From Antedon mediterranea (Eukaryota > Animalia > Echinodermata), in assembly GCF_964355755.1 (NCBI RefSeq), contig NC_092677.1:25159175-25223174 (forward strand): a stretch of 64,000 nucleotides of DNA, written 5' to 3'. Below the pieces are notes generated by a model, which did no database searches, was not told the origin of the DNA, and worked only from the letters and a program-made list of their open reading frames with translations. Both the position numbers and the translations under genes were made by a program. Shown here piece by piece: positions 46,495 to 60,200 of the stretch (its first letter is position 1; every line of letters begins with the position of its first letter).

Positions 46495-47190
46495 TTAGGA
46501 TCACGTCACAATTATATTACTACAGTTACTGCAGTATCTACATTTATTTACTGCAATAATAATAATAAATAATAATAATTTTGACATGATTCCTTGGTGT
46601 TTAATATTAATTTGATTGAGAAATAGAATAGTAAAATATTTTTTAATTTCTCTATTAATTTAAACTCATTTCATTGCTCAGGAAATTATATGTGTAATGA
46701 ATTATGATAATTTATTTTATGTATTTGTTTATAATTTGTATATCATTTTTGTAATAATGTATATTTATTAATTTCTCTGTGGTTTATATTATAAATATGC
46801 CTGTTTATATATACAGTATAATTATATAGAATAATTATGTAAATGTTAAATATAATATGTAAGGAAATATAGTTATATAGGAGTGTTGACATTTTATTTA
46901 AAAACAGTAGCATGGAAAAAGAGGGATCTTTCGCATGTGGACTTAAACATTATATGTCACTCATTTGCATAATAGCGTGGTTCAATTTAAATTTCTAAAT
47001 GAACACTCGCGTCCTATATAATAATAATACTATGATACTATAGGCCCTAAAAGCTTGATTAAATAGACAATTAAAAAATCGACACTTCACAGTTTGGAAA
47101 TGGAAATCCATTTTACTACATTTCCAGAAATCATAAACCATTCTCCACCATGATTCTGGTAGAATTTTCCGTTTTTTCCCCAAAAATGAC

Positions 47191-48118
47191 TAATTTCGAC
47201 CTATTTACTCTTTGTCAAAAGTGGTTACTATAGCACAATAGGCATGCGCAGAACCCATTATTCGACTATGCGCATGTTTATTATGCTATAGTAACTATTT
47301 ATATCAAAAAATAAAAGGGTCGAAAATGGGCCATTTTCTCGAAAATTTTCCTGTACTATAGTACAGGGATTTTTTCCAAATATGGCAAATTTTCGACCTT
47401 TTTATTTTTGGATAAAACTGGTTACTATAGCACAATATACATGCGCAGAACACATTATTCGACTCTGCGCATGTTTATTATGCTATAGTAACCATTTATG
47501 TCAAAAGTGGTTACTATAGCACAATAGGCATACGCAGAACCCATTATTTGACTATGCGCATGTTTATTATGCTATAGTAACCATTTATATCAAAAAATAA
47601 AAGAGTCGAAAATGGGCCATTTTCTCGAAAATTTCCCTGTACTATAGTACAGGGATTTTTTTTCCAAAAAATGGCAAATTTTCGACCTTTTTATTTTTGG
47701 ATAAAACTGGTTACTATAGCACAATTGACATGCGCAGAACCCATTATTCGACTCTGCACATGTTTATTATGCTATAGTAACCCTTTATGTCAAAAGTGGT
47801 TACTATAGCACAATAGGCATGCGCAGAACCCATTATTCGACTATGCGCATGTTTATGCTATAGTAACCATTTATATCAGAAAATAAAAGGGTCGAAAAAG
47901 GGCCATTTTTCGACAATTTCCCTGTACTATAGTACACAGATTTTTTATAAAAATTTCAAATTTTCGACCTTTATATTTTTCGATAAAACTGGTTACTATA
48001 GCACAATTGAAATGCGCAGAACCCATTATTCGACTCTGCGCATGTATATTATGCTATAGTAACCATTTATGTCAAAAAATAAAAGGGTCGAAAATTGGCA
48101 ATTTTCGAAAATTTTCCT
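47191..48118. repeat. Foldback-like array of nested palindromes (about 289-bp period, six ~74-bp hairpin units)
   Basis: GGTTACTATAGCA...CATGCGCA...TGCGCATG...TGCTATAGTAACC occurs six times. The units are separated alternately by a long palindromic spacer centred on CTGTACTATAGTACAG and a 15-bp spacer. Confidence 0.92.
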
Positions 48119-48124
48119 ATTTTT

Positions 48125-48244
48125 AAACAAGGCCAACAGCCATAAGTCGCGTGCTCTCAGAAAAAAAAAAAACTTTCAAAAAGTAATGAAAAGCGATAAA
48201 ACGCATAGTGATACCGGACCGACAGACAGACAGACCAACCGATA
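48125..48244 (+). mobile_element. HINE/DINE-like element fragment ending in a (GACA)n microsatellite
   Basis: AAACAAGGCC...AGTCGCGTGC...GACCGACAGACAGACAGACCAACCGA. Confidence 0.5.
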
Positions 48245-51200
48245 TATACTATAAAAATGTATTTCTTATTTTATTTAAACAATCATGAGTATCCTATCCT
48301 TAATTGCAAACACAAAAAACGATCTATAAAGATATAAGCAGTGAGTTAGGCAGATCATAAGTCAGCTCTCCTTAATTGCCTAAGTCACAGCTGACTTAGG
48401 CAGAAACACACAAAAATATAGTATATTGATATAAGCAGTGAGTTAGGCAGATCATAAGTCAGCTCTCCTTAATTGCCTAAGTCACACAACTGACTTGGGC
48501 AGAAACACAAAAAATATAGTATATTGATATAAGCAGTGAGTTAGGCAGAAAAACAAAACAACAATTATGACTTAGACACTTTTGATATGAGGCTGTCGAT
48601 ATCATCTATATACAAAAAATGCTACCTTTAAATAACAAAATTTAATAGCATCAGCTCTTCACATTAAAATTAACACTGATGGTTTTAGAATAGGAAAGTA
48701 GCAATAAAAGCGAAAGAATTTGTAACAAATGGGTTAAAAAATATACTATAAAAATGCATTTCTTATTTTATTTTAAAAATCATGAGTCTCCTCTCCTTAA
48801 TTGCCTAAGTCACACTGCTGACTTAGGCAGAAACACAAAAAAAACGATCTGAGCATGTGCAAATGTATATAAAAGCACTCAGATAATGTACAGAGGACAG
48901 TATAATGATATAAGCAGTGAGTTAGGCAGATCATAAATCAGATCTCCTTAATTGCCTAAGTCACACAGCTGACTTAGGCAGAAACACACAAAAATATAGT
49001 ATATTGATATAAGCAGTGAGTTAGGCAGAAAAACAAAAAACAAATTATGACTAAGACACTTTTGTTATGAGGCTGTCGATATCATCTATATACAAAAAAT
49101 GCTACCTTTAAGTAACAAAATTTACAAGCATCAGCTCTTCAGATTAAAATTAACACTGATGATTTTAGAAAAGGAAAATAGCAATAAAAGAGAAAGAATT
49201 AAAAAATCATGAGTCTCCTCTTCTTAATTGCCTAAGTCACACAGCTGACTTAGGCAGAAACACAAAAAACGATCTGAGTATGTGCAAATGTATATAAAAG
49301 CACTCAGATAATGTACAGAGGGCAGTATAATGATATAAGCAGTGAGTTAGGCAGATCATAAGTCAGCTCTCCTTAATTGCCTAAGTCACACTGCTGACTT
49401 AGGCAGAAACACAAAAAAATGTAGTATATTGATATAAGCAGTGAGTTAGGCAGAAAAACAAAACAAAAATCATGACTTAGACACTTTTGTCATGAGGCTG
49501 TCGATATCATCTATATTCAAAAAATGCTACCTTTAAGTAACAAAATTTAATAGCATCAGCTCTTCAGATTAAAATTAACACTGATGATTTTAGAAAAGGA
49601 AAGTAGCAATAAAAGAGAAAGAATTTGTAACAAATGGGTTAAAAAATATACTATAAAAATGTATTTCTTATTTTATTTTAAAAATCATGAGTCTCCTCTC
49701 CTTAATTGCCTAAGTCACACAGCTGACTTAGGCAGAAACACAAAAAACGATCTGAGTATGTGCAAATGTATATAAAAGCACTCAGATAATGTACAGAGGG
49801 CAGTATAATGATATGAGCAGTGAGTTAGGCAGATCATAAGTCATCTCTCCTTAATTGCCTACGTCACACTGCTGACTTAGGCAGAAACACAAAAAATGTA
49901 GTATATTGATATAAGCAGTAGTGAGTTAGGCAGAAAAACAAAACAAAAATTATGACTTAGACACTTTTGTTATGAGGCTGTCGATATCATCTATATACAA
50001 AAAATGCTACCTTTAAGTAACAAAATTTACTAGCATCAGCTCTTCAGATTAAAATTAACACTGATGATTTTAGAAAAGGAAAATAGCAATAAAAGAGAAA
50101 GAATTAAAAAATCATGAGTCTCCTTTTCTTAATTGCCTAAGTCACACAGCTGACTTAGGCAGAAACACAAAAAACGATCTGAGTATGTGCAAATGTATAT
50201 AAAAGCACTCAGATAATGTACAGAGGGCAGTATAATGATATAAGCAGTGAGTTAGGCAGATCATAAGTCAGCTCTCCTTAATTGCCTAAGTCACACTGCT
50301 GACTTAGGCAGAAACACAAAAAATGTAGTATATTGATATAAGCAGTGAGTTAGGCAGAAAAACAAAACAAAAATTATGACTTAAACACTTTTGTTATGAG
50401 GCTGTCGATATCATCTATATACAAAAAAATGCTACCTTTAAGTAACAAAATTTAATAGCATCAGCACTTCAGATTAAAATTAACACTGATGGTTTTAGAA
50501 TAGGAAAGTAGCAATAAAAGCGAAAGAATTTGTAACAAATGGGTTAAAAAATATACTATAAAAATCTATTTCTTATTTTATTTTAAAAATCATGAGTCTC
50601 CTCTCCTTAATTGCCTAAGTCACACTGCTGACTTAGGCAGAAACACAAAAAAACGATCTGAGCATGTGCAAATGTACTCTATATAAAAGCACTCAGATAA
50701 TGTACAGAGGACAGTATAATGATATAAGCAGTGAGTTAGGAAGATCATAAGTCAGCTCTCCTTAATTGCCTAAATCACACTGCTGACTTGGGCAGAAACA
50801 CAAAAAATGTAGTATATTGATATAAGCAGTGAGTTAGGCAGAAAAACAAAACAAAAATTATGACTTAGACACTTTTGTTATGAGGCTGTCGATATCATCT
50901 ATATACAAAAAATGCTACCTTTAAGTAACAAAATTCAATAGCATAAGCTCTTCAGATTAAAATTAACACTGATGGTTTTAGAATAGGAAAGTAGCAATAA
51001 AAGCGAAAGAATTTGTAACAAATGGGTTAAAAAATATACTATAAAAATGTATTTCTTATTTTATTTTAAAAATCATGAGTCTCCTCTCCTTAATTGCCTA
51101 AGTCACACTGCTGACTTAGGCAGAAACACAAAAAAACGATCTGAGCATGTGCAAATGTACTCTATATAAAAGCACTCAGATAATGTACAGAGGACAGTAT

Positions 51201-54200
51201 AATGATATAAGCAGTGAGTTAGGAAGATCATAAGTCAGCTCTCCTTAATTGCCTAAGTCACACAGCTGACTTAGGCAGAAACACACAAAAATATAGTATA
51301 TTGATATACTGTAAGCAGTGAGTTAGGCAGAAAAACAAAAAACAAATTATGACTTAGACACTTTTGTTATTCGGCTGTCGATATCATCTATATACAAAAA
51401 ATGCTACCTTTAAGTAACAAAATTTACTAGCATCAGCTCTTCAGATTAAAATTAACACTGATGATTTTAGAAAAGGAAAATAGTAATAAAAGAGAAAGAA
51501 TTAAAAAATCATGAGTCTCCTTTTCTTAATTGCCTAAGTCACACAGCTGACTTAGGCAGAAACACAAAAAACGATCTGAGTATGTGAAAATGTATATAAA
51601 AGCACTCATATAATGTACAGAGGGCAGTATAATGATATAAGCAGTGAGTTAGGCAGATCATAAGTCAGCTCTCCTTAATTGCCTAAGTCACACTGCTGAC
51701 TTAGGCAGAAACACAAAAAATGTAGTATATTGATATAAGCAGTGAGTTAGGCAGAAAAACAAAACAAAAATTATGACTTAAACACTTTTGTTATGAGGCT
51801 GTCGATATCATCTATATACAAAAAAATGCTACCTTTAAGTAACAAAATTTAATAGCATCAGCACTTCAGATTAAAATTAACACTGATGGTTTTAGAATAG
51901 GAAAGTAGCAATAAAAGCGAAAGAATTTGTAACAAATGGGTTAAAAAATATACTATAAAAATCTATTTCTTATTTTATTTTAAAAATCATGAGTCTCCTC
52001 TCCTTAATTGCCTAAGTCACACTGCTGACTTAGGCAGAAACACAAAAAAACGATCTGAGCATGTGCAAATGTACTCTATATAAAAGCACTCAGATAATGT
52101 ACAGAGGACAGTATAATGATATAAGCAGTGAGTTAGGAAGATCATAAGTCAGCTCTCCTTAATTGCCTAAATCACACTGCTGACTTGGGCAGAAACACAA
52201 AAAATGTAGTATATTGATATAAGCAGTGAGTTAGGCAGAAAAACAAAACAAAAATTATGACTTAGACACTTTTGTTATGAGGCTGTCGATATCATCTATA
52301 TACAAAAAATGCTACCTTTAAGTAACAAAATTCAATAGCATAAGCTCTTCAGATTAAAATTAACACTGATGGTTTTAGAATAGGAAAGTAGCAATAAAAG
52401 CGAAAGAATTTGTAACAAATGGGTTAAAAAATATACTATAAAAATGTATTTCTTATTTTATTTTAAAAATCATGAGTCTCCTCTCCTTAATTGCCTAAGT
52501 CACACTGCTGACTTAGGCAGAAACACAAAAAAACGATCTGAGCATGTGCAAATGTACTCTATATAAAAGCACTCAGATAATGTACAGAGGACAGTATAAT
52601 GATATAAGCAGTGAGTTAGGAAGATCATAAGTCAGCTCTCCTTAATTGCCTAAGTCACACAGCTGACTTAGGCAGAAACACACAAAAATATAGTATATTG
52701 ATATACTGTAAGCAGTGAGTTAGGCAGAAAAACAAAAAACAAATTATGACTTAGACACTTTTGTTATTAGGCTGTCGATATCATCTATATACAAAAAATG
52801 CTACCTTTAAGTAACAAAATTTACTAGCATCAGCTCTTCAGATTAAAATTAACACTGATGATTTTAGAAAAGGAAAATAGTAATAAAAGAGAAAGAATTA
52901 AAAAATCATGAGTCTCCTTTTCTTAATTGCCTAAGTCACACAGCTGACTTAGGCAGAAACACAAAAAACGATCTGAGTATGTGAAAATGTATATAAAAGC
53001 ACTCAGATAATGTACAGAGGGCAGTATAATGATATAAGCAGTGAGTTAGGCAGATCATAAGTCAGCTCTCCTTAATTGCCTAAGTCACACTGCTGACTTA
53101 ACACTGATGGTTTTAGAATAGGAAAGTAGCAATAAAAGCGAAAGAATTTGTAACAAATGGGTTAAAAAATATACTATAAAAATCTATTTCTTATTTTATT
53201 TTAAAAATCATGAGTCTCCTCTCCTTAATTGCCTAAGTCACACTGCTGACTTAGGCAGAAACACAAAAAAACGATCTGAGCATGTGCAAATGTATATAAA
53301 AGCACTCAGATAATGTACAGAGGACAGTATAATGATATAAGCAGTGAGTTAGGCAGATCATAAATCAGATCTCCTTAATTGCCTAAGTCACACAGCTGAC
53401 TTAGGCAGAAACACACACAAATATAGTATATTGATATAAGCAGTGAGTTAGGCAGAAAAACAAAAAACAAATTATGACTAAGACACTTTTGTTATGAGGC
53501 TGTCGATATCATCTATATACAAAAAATGCTACCTTTAAGTAACAAAATTTACAAGCATCAGCTCTTCAGATTAAAATTAACACTGATGATTTTAGAAAAG
53601 GAAAATAGCAATAAAAGAGAAAGAATTAAAAAATCATGAGTCTCCTCTTCTTAATTGCCTAAGTCACACAGCTGACTTAGGCAGAAACACAAAAAACGAT
53701 CTGAGTATGTGCAAATGTATATAAAAGCACTCCGATAATGTACAGAGGGCAGTATAATGATATAAGCAGTGAGTTAGGCAGATCATAAGTCAGCTCTCCT
53801 TAATTGCCTAAGTCACACTGCTGACTTAGGCAGAAACACAAAAAATGTAGTATATTGATATAAGCAGTGAGTTAGGCAGAAAAACAAAACAAAAATTATG
53901 ACTTAGACACTTTTGTTATGAGGCTGTCGATATCATCTATATACAAAAAATGCTACCTTTAAGTAACAAAATTCAATAGCATCAGCTCTTCAGATTAAAA
54001 TTAACACTGATGGTTTTAGAATAGGAAAGTAGCAATAAAAGCGAAAGAATTTGTAACAAATGGGTTAAAAAATATACTATAAAAATGTATTTCTTATTTT
54101 ATTTTAAAAATCATGAGTCTCCTCTCCTTAATTGCCCAAGTCACACTGCTGACTTAGGCAGAAACACAAAAAAACGATCTGAGCATGTGCAAATGTACTG

Positions 54201-57200
54201 TATATAAAAGCACTCAGATAATGTAATGATATAAGCGGTGAGTTAGGAAGATCATAAGGTCAGCTCTCCTTAATTGCCTAAGTCACACAGCTGACTTAGG
54301 CAGAAACACACAAAAATATAGTTTATTGATATACTGTAAGCAGTGAGTTAGGCAGAAAAACAAAAAACAAATTATGACTTAGACACTTTTGTTATGAGGC
54401 TGTCGATATCATCTATATACAAAAAATGCTACCTTTAAGTACCAAAATTTACTAGCATCAGCTCTTCAGATTAAAATTAACACTGATGATTTTAGAAAAG
54501 GAAAATAGCAATAAAAGAGAAAGAATTAAAAAATCATGAGTCTCCTTTTCTTAATTGCCTAAGTCACACAGCTGACTTAGGCAGAAACACAAAAAACGAT
54601 CTGAGTATGTGCAAATGTATATAAAAGCACTCAGATAATGTACAGAGGGCAGTATAATGATATAAGCAGTGAGTTAGGCAGATCATAAGTCAGCTCTCCT
54701 TAATTGCCTAAGTCACACTGCTGACTTAGGCAGAAACACAAAAAATGTAGTATATTGATATAAGCAGTGAGTTAGGCAGAAAAACAAAACAAAAATTATG
54801 ACTTAGACACTTTTGTTATGAGGCTGTCGATATCATCTATATACAAAAAATGCTACCTTTAAGTAACAAAATTCAATAGCATCAGCTCTTCAGATTAAAA
54901 TTAACACTGATGGTTTTAGAATAAGAAAGTAGCAATAAAAGCGAAAGAATTTGTAACAAATGGGTTAAAAAATATACTATAAAAATGTATTTCTTATTTT
55001 ATTTTAAAAATCATGAGTCTCCTCTCCTTAATTGCCCAAGTCACACTGCTGACTTAGGCAGAAACACAAAAAAACGATCTGAGCATGTGCAAATGTACTG
55101 TATATAAAAGCACTCAGATAATGTAATGATATAAGCGGTGAGTTAGGAAGATCATAAGGTCAGCTCTCCTTAATTGCCTAAGTCACACAGCTGACTTAGG
55201 CAGAAACACACAAAAATATAGTTTATTGATATACTGTAAGCAGTGAGTTAGGAAGAAAAACAAAAAACAAATTATGACTTAGACACTTTTGTTATGAGGC
55301 TGTCGATATCATTTTTATACAAAAAATGCTACCTTTAAGTACCAAAATTTACTAGCATCAGCTCTTCAGATTAAAATTAACACTGATGATTTTAGAAAAG
55401 GAAAATAGCAATAAAAGAGAAAGAATTAAAAAATCATGAGTCTCCTTTTCTTAATTGCCTAAGTCACACAGCTGACTTAGGCAGAAACACAAAAAACGAT
55501 CTGAGTATGTGCAAATGTATATAAAAGCACTCAGATAATGTACAGAGGGCAGTATAATGATATAAGCAGTGAGTTAGGCAGATCATAAGTCAGCTCTCCT
55601 TAATTGCCTAAGTCACACTGCTGACTTAGGCAGAAACAAAAAAAATGTAGTATATTGATAAAAGCAGTGAGTTAGGCAGAAAAACAAAACAAAAATTATG
55701 ACTTAAACACTTTTGTTATGAGGCTGTCGATATCATCTATATACAAAAAAATGCTACCTTTAAGTAACAAAATTTAAAAGCATCAGCACTTCAGATTAAA
55801 ATTAACACTGATGGTTTCAGAATAGGAAAGTAGCAATAAAAGCGAAAGAATTTGTAACAAATGGGTTAAAAAATATACTATAAAAATCTATTTCTTATTT
55901 TATTTTAAAAATCATGAGTCTCCTCTCCTTAATTGCCTAAGTCACACTGCTGACTTGGGCAGAAACACAAAAAAACGATCTGAGCATGTGCAAATGTACT
56001 CTATATAAAAGCACTCAGATAATGTACAGAGGACAGTATAATGATATAAGCAGTGAGTTAGGAAGATCATAAGTCAGCTCTCCTTAATTGCCTAAATCAC
56101 ACTGCTGACTTGGGCAGAAACACAAAAAATGTAGTATATTGATATAAGCAGTGAGTTAGGCAGAAAAACAAAACAAAAATTATGACTTAGACACTTTTGT
56201 TATGAGGCTGTCGATATCATCTATATACAAAAAATGCTACCTTTAAGTAACAAAATTCAATAGCATAAGCTCTTCAGATTAAAATTAACACTGATGGTTT
56301 TAGAATAGGAAAGTAGCAATAAAAGCGAAAGAATTTGTAACAAATGGGTTAAAAAATATACTATAAAAATGTATTTCTTAATTTATTTTAAAAATCATGA
56401 GTCTCCTCTCCTTAATTGCCTAAGTCACACTGCTGACTTAGGCAGAAACACAAAAAAACGATCTGAGCATGTGCAAATGTACTCTATATAAAAGCACTCA
56501 GATAATGTACAGAGGACAGTATAATGATATAAGCAGTGAGTTAGGAAGATCATAAGTCAGCTCTCCTTAATTGCCTAAGTCACACAGCTGACTTAGGCAG
56601 AAACACACAAAAATATAGTATATTGATATACTGTAAGCAGTGAGTTAGGCAGAAAAACAAAAAACAAATTATGACTTAGACACTTTTGTTATTAGGCTGT
56701 CGATATCATCTATATACAAAAAATGCTACCTTTAAGTAACAAAATTTACTAGCATCAGCTCTTCAGATTAAAATAAACACTGATGATTTTAGAAAAGGAA
56801 AATAGCAATAAAAGAGAAAGAATTAAAAAATCATGAGTCTCCTTTTCTTAATTGCCTAAGTCACACAGCTGACTTAGGCAGAAACACAAAAAACGATCTG
56901 AGTATGTGAAAATGTATATAAAAGCACTCAGATAATTTACAGAGGGCAGTATAATGATATAAGCAGTGAGTTAGGCAGATCATAAGTCAGCTCTCCTTAA
57001 TTGCCTAAGTCACACTGCTGACTTAACACTGATGGTTTTAGAATAGGAAAGTAGCAATAAAAGCGAAAGAATTTGTAACAAATGGGTTAAAAAATATACT
57101 ATAAAAATCTAATTCTTATTTTATTTTAAAAATCATGAGTCTCCTCTCCTTAATTGCCTAAGTTACACTGCTGACTTAGGCAGAAACACAAAAAAACGAT

Positions 57201-60200
57201 CTGAGCATGTGCAAATGTACTGTATATAAAAGCACTCAGATAATGTAATGATATAAGCAGTGAGTTAGGAAGATCATAAGTCAGCTCTCCTTAATTGCCT
57301 AAGTCACACAGCTGACTTAGGCAGAAACACACAAAAATATAGTTTATTGATATACTGTAAGCAGTGAGTTAGGCAGAAAAACAAAAAACAAATTATGACT
57401 TAGACACTTTTGTTATGAGGCTGTCGATATCATCTATATACAAAAAATGCTACCTTTAAGTAACAAAATTTACTAGCATCAGCTCTTCAGAATAAAATTA
57501 ACACTGATGATTTTAGAAAAGGAAAATAGCAATAAAAGAGAAAGAATTAAAAAATCATGAGTCTCCTTTTCTTAATTGCCTAAGTCACACAGCTGACTTA
57601 GGCAGAAACACAAAAAACGATCTGAGTATGTGCAAATGTATATAAAAGCACTCAGATAATGTACAGAGGGCAGTATAATGATATAAGCAGTGAGTTAGGC
57701 AGATCATAAGTCAGCTCTCCTTAATTGCCTAAGTCACACTGCTGACTTAGGCAGAAACACAAAAAATGTAGTATATTGATATAAGCAGTGAGTTAGGCAG
57801 AAAAACAAAACAAAAATTATGACTTAAACACTTTTGTTATGAGGCTGTCGATATCATCTATATACAAAAAAATGCTACCTTTAAGTAACAAAATTTAATA
57901 GCATCAGCACTTCAGATTAAAATTAACACTGATGGTTTTAGAATAGGAAAGTAGCAATAAAAGCGAAAGAATTTGTAACAAATGGGTTAAAAAATATACT
58001 ATAAAAATCTATTTCTTATTTTATTTTAAAAATCATGAGTCTCCTCTCCTTAATTGCCTAAGTCACACTGCTGACTTAGGCAGAAACACGAAAAAACGAT
58101 CTGAGCATGTGCAAATGTACTGTATATAAAAGCACTAAGATAATGTAATGATATAAGCAGTGAGTTAGGAAGATCATAAGTCAGCTCTCCTTAATTGCTA
58201 AAGTCACACAGCTGACTTAGGCAGAAACACAAAAAACGATCTGAGTATGTGCAAATGTATATAAAAGCACTCAGATAATGTACAGAGGGCAGTATAATGA
58301 TATAAGCAGTGAGTTAGGCAGATCATAAGTCAGCTCTCCTTAATTGCCTAAGTCACACAGCTGACTTAGGCAGAAACACACAAAAATATAGTATATTGAT
58401 ATACTGTAAGCAGTGAGTTAGGCAGAAAAAAAAAAAAAAAAACAAATTATGACTTAGACATTTTTGTTATGAGGCTGTCGATATCATCTATATACAAAAA
58501 ATGCTACCTTTAAGTAACAAAATTTACTAGCATCAGCTCTTCAGACTAAAATTAACACTGATGATTTTAGAAAAGGAAAATAGCAATAAAAGAGAAAGAA
58601 TTAAAAAATCATGAGTCTCCTTTTCTTAATTGCTAAAGTCACACAGCTGATTTAGGCAGAAACACAAAAAACGATCTGAGTATGTGCAAATGTATATAAA
58701 AGCACTCAGATAATGTACAGAGGGCAGTATAATGATATAAGCAGTGAGTTAGGCAGATCATAAGTCAGCTCTCCTTAATTGCCTAAGTCACACTGCTGAC
58801 TTAGGCAGAAACACAAAAAATGTAGTATATTGATATAAGCAGTGAGTTAGGCAGAAAAACAAAACAAAAATTATGACTTAGACACTTTTGTTATGAGGCT
58901 GTCGATATCATCTATATACAAAAAATGTTACCTTTAAGTAACAAAATTTAATAGCATCAGCTCTTCAGATTAAAATTAACACTGATGGTTTTAGAATAGG
59001 AAAGTAGCAATAAAAGCGAAAGAATTTGTAACAAATAGGTTAAAATATATACTATAAAAATGTATTTCTTATTTAATTTTAAAAATCATGAGTCTCCTCT
59101 CCTTAATTGCCTAAGTCACACTGCTGACTTAGGCAGAAACAAAAAAAAACGATCTGAGCATGTGCAAATGTATATAAAAGCACTCAGATAATGTACAAAG
59201 GGCAGTATAATGATATAAGCAGTGAGTTAGGCAGATCATAAGTCAGATCTCCTTAATTGCCTAAGTCACACAGCTGACTTAGGCAGAAACACACAAAAAT
59301 ATAGTATATTGATATAAGCAGTGAGTTAGGCAGAAAAACAAAAAACAAATTATGACTTAGACACTTTTGTTATGAGGCTGTCGATATCATCTATATACAA
59401 AAAATGCTACCTTTAAGTAACAAAATTTACTAGCATCAGCTCTTCAGATTAAAATTAACACTGATGATTTTAGAAAAGGAAAGAATTAAAAAATCATGAG
59501 TCTCCTCTTCTTAATTGCCTAAGTCACACTGCTGACTTAGGCAGAAACACAAAAAACGATCTGAGTATGTGCAAATGTATATAAAAGCACTCAGATAATG
59601 TACAGAAGGCAGTACAATGATATAAGCAGTGAGTTAGGCAGATCATAAGTCAGCTCTCCTTAATTGCCTAAGTCACACTGCTAACTTAGGCAGAAACACA
59701 AAAAATGTAGTATATTGATATAAGCAGTGAGTTAGGCAGAAAAACAAAACAAAAATTATGACTTAGACACTTTTGTTATGAGGCTGTCGATATCATCTAT
59801 ATACAAAAAATGCTACCTTTAAGTAACAAAATTTAATAGCATCAGCTCTTCAGATTAAAATTAACACTGATGGTTTTAGAATAGGAAAGTAGCAATAAAA
59901 GCGAAAGAATTTGTAACAAATAGGTTAAAAAATATACTATAAAAATGTATTTCTTATTTTATTTTAAAAATCATGAGTCTCCTCTCCTTAATTGCCTAAG
60001 TCACACTGCAGAAATAGGCAGAAACACAAAAAAAACGATCTGAGCATGTGCAAATGTATATAAAAGCACTCAGATAATGTACAGAGGACAGTATAATGAT
60101 ATAAGCAGTGAGTTAGGCAGATCATAAGTCAGATCTCCTTAATTGCCTAAGTCACACTGCTAACTTAGGCAGAAACACAAAAAATGTAGTATATTGATAT

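Noticed and set aside
47191-48118. Palindromic repeats with spacers as a CRISPR array
   Set aside because: The spacers are two recurring sequences rather than unique ones, and the repeat is too long.
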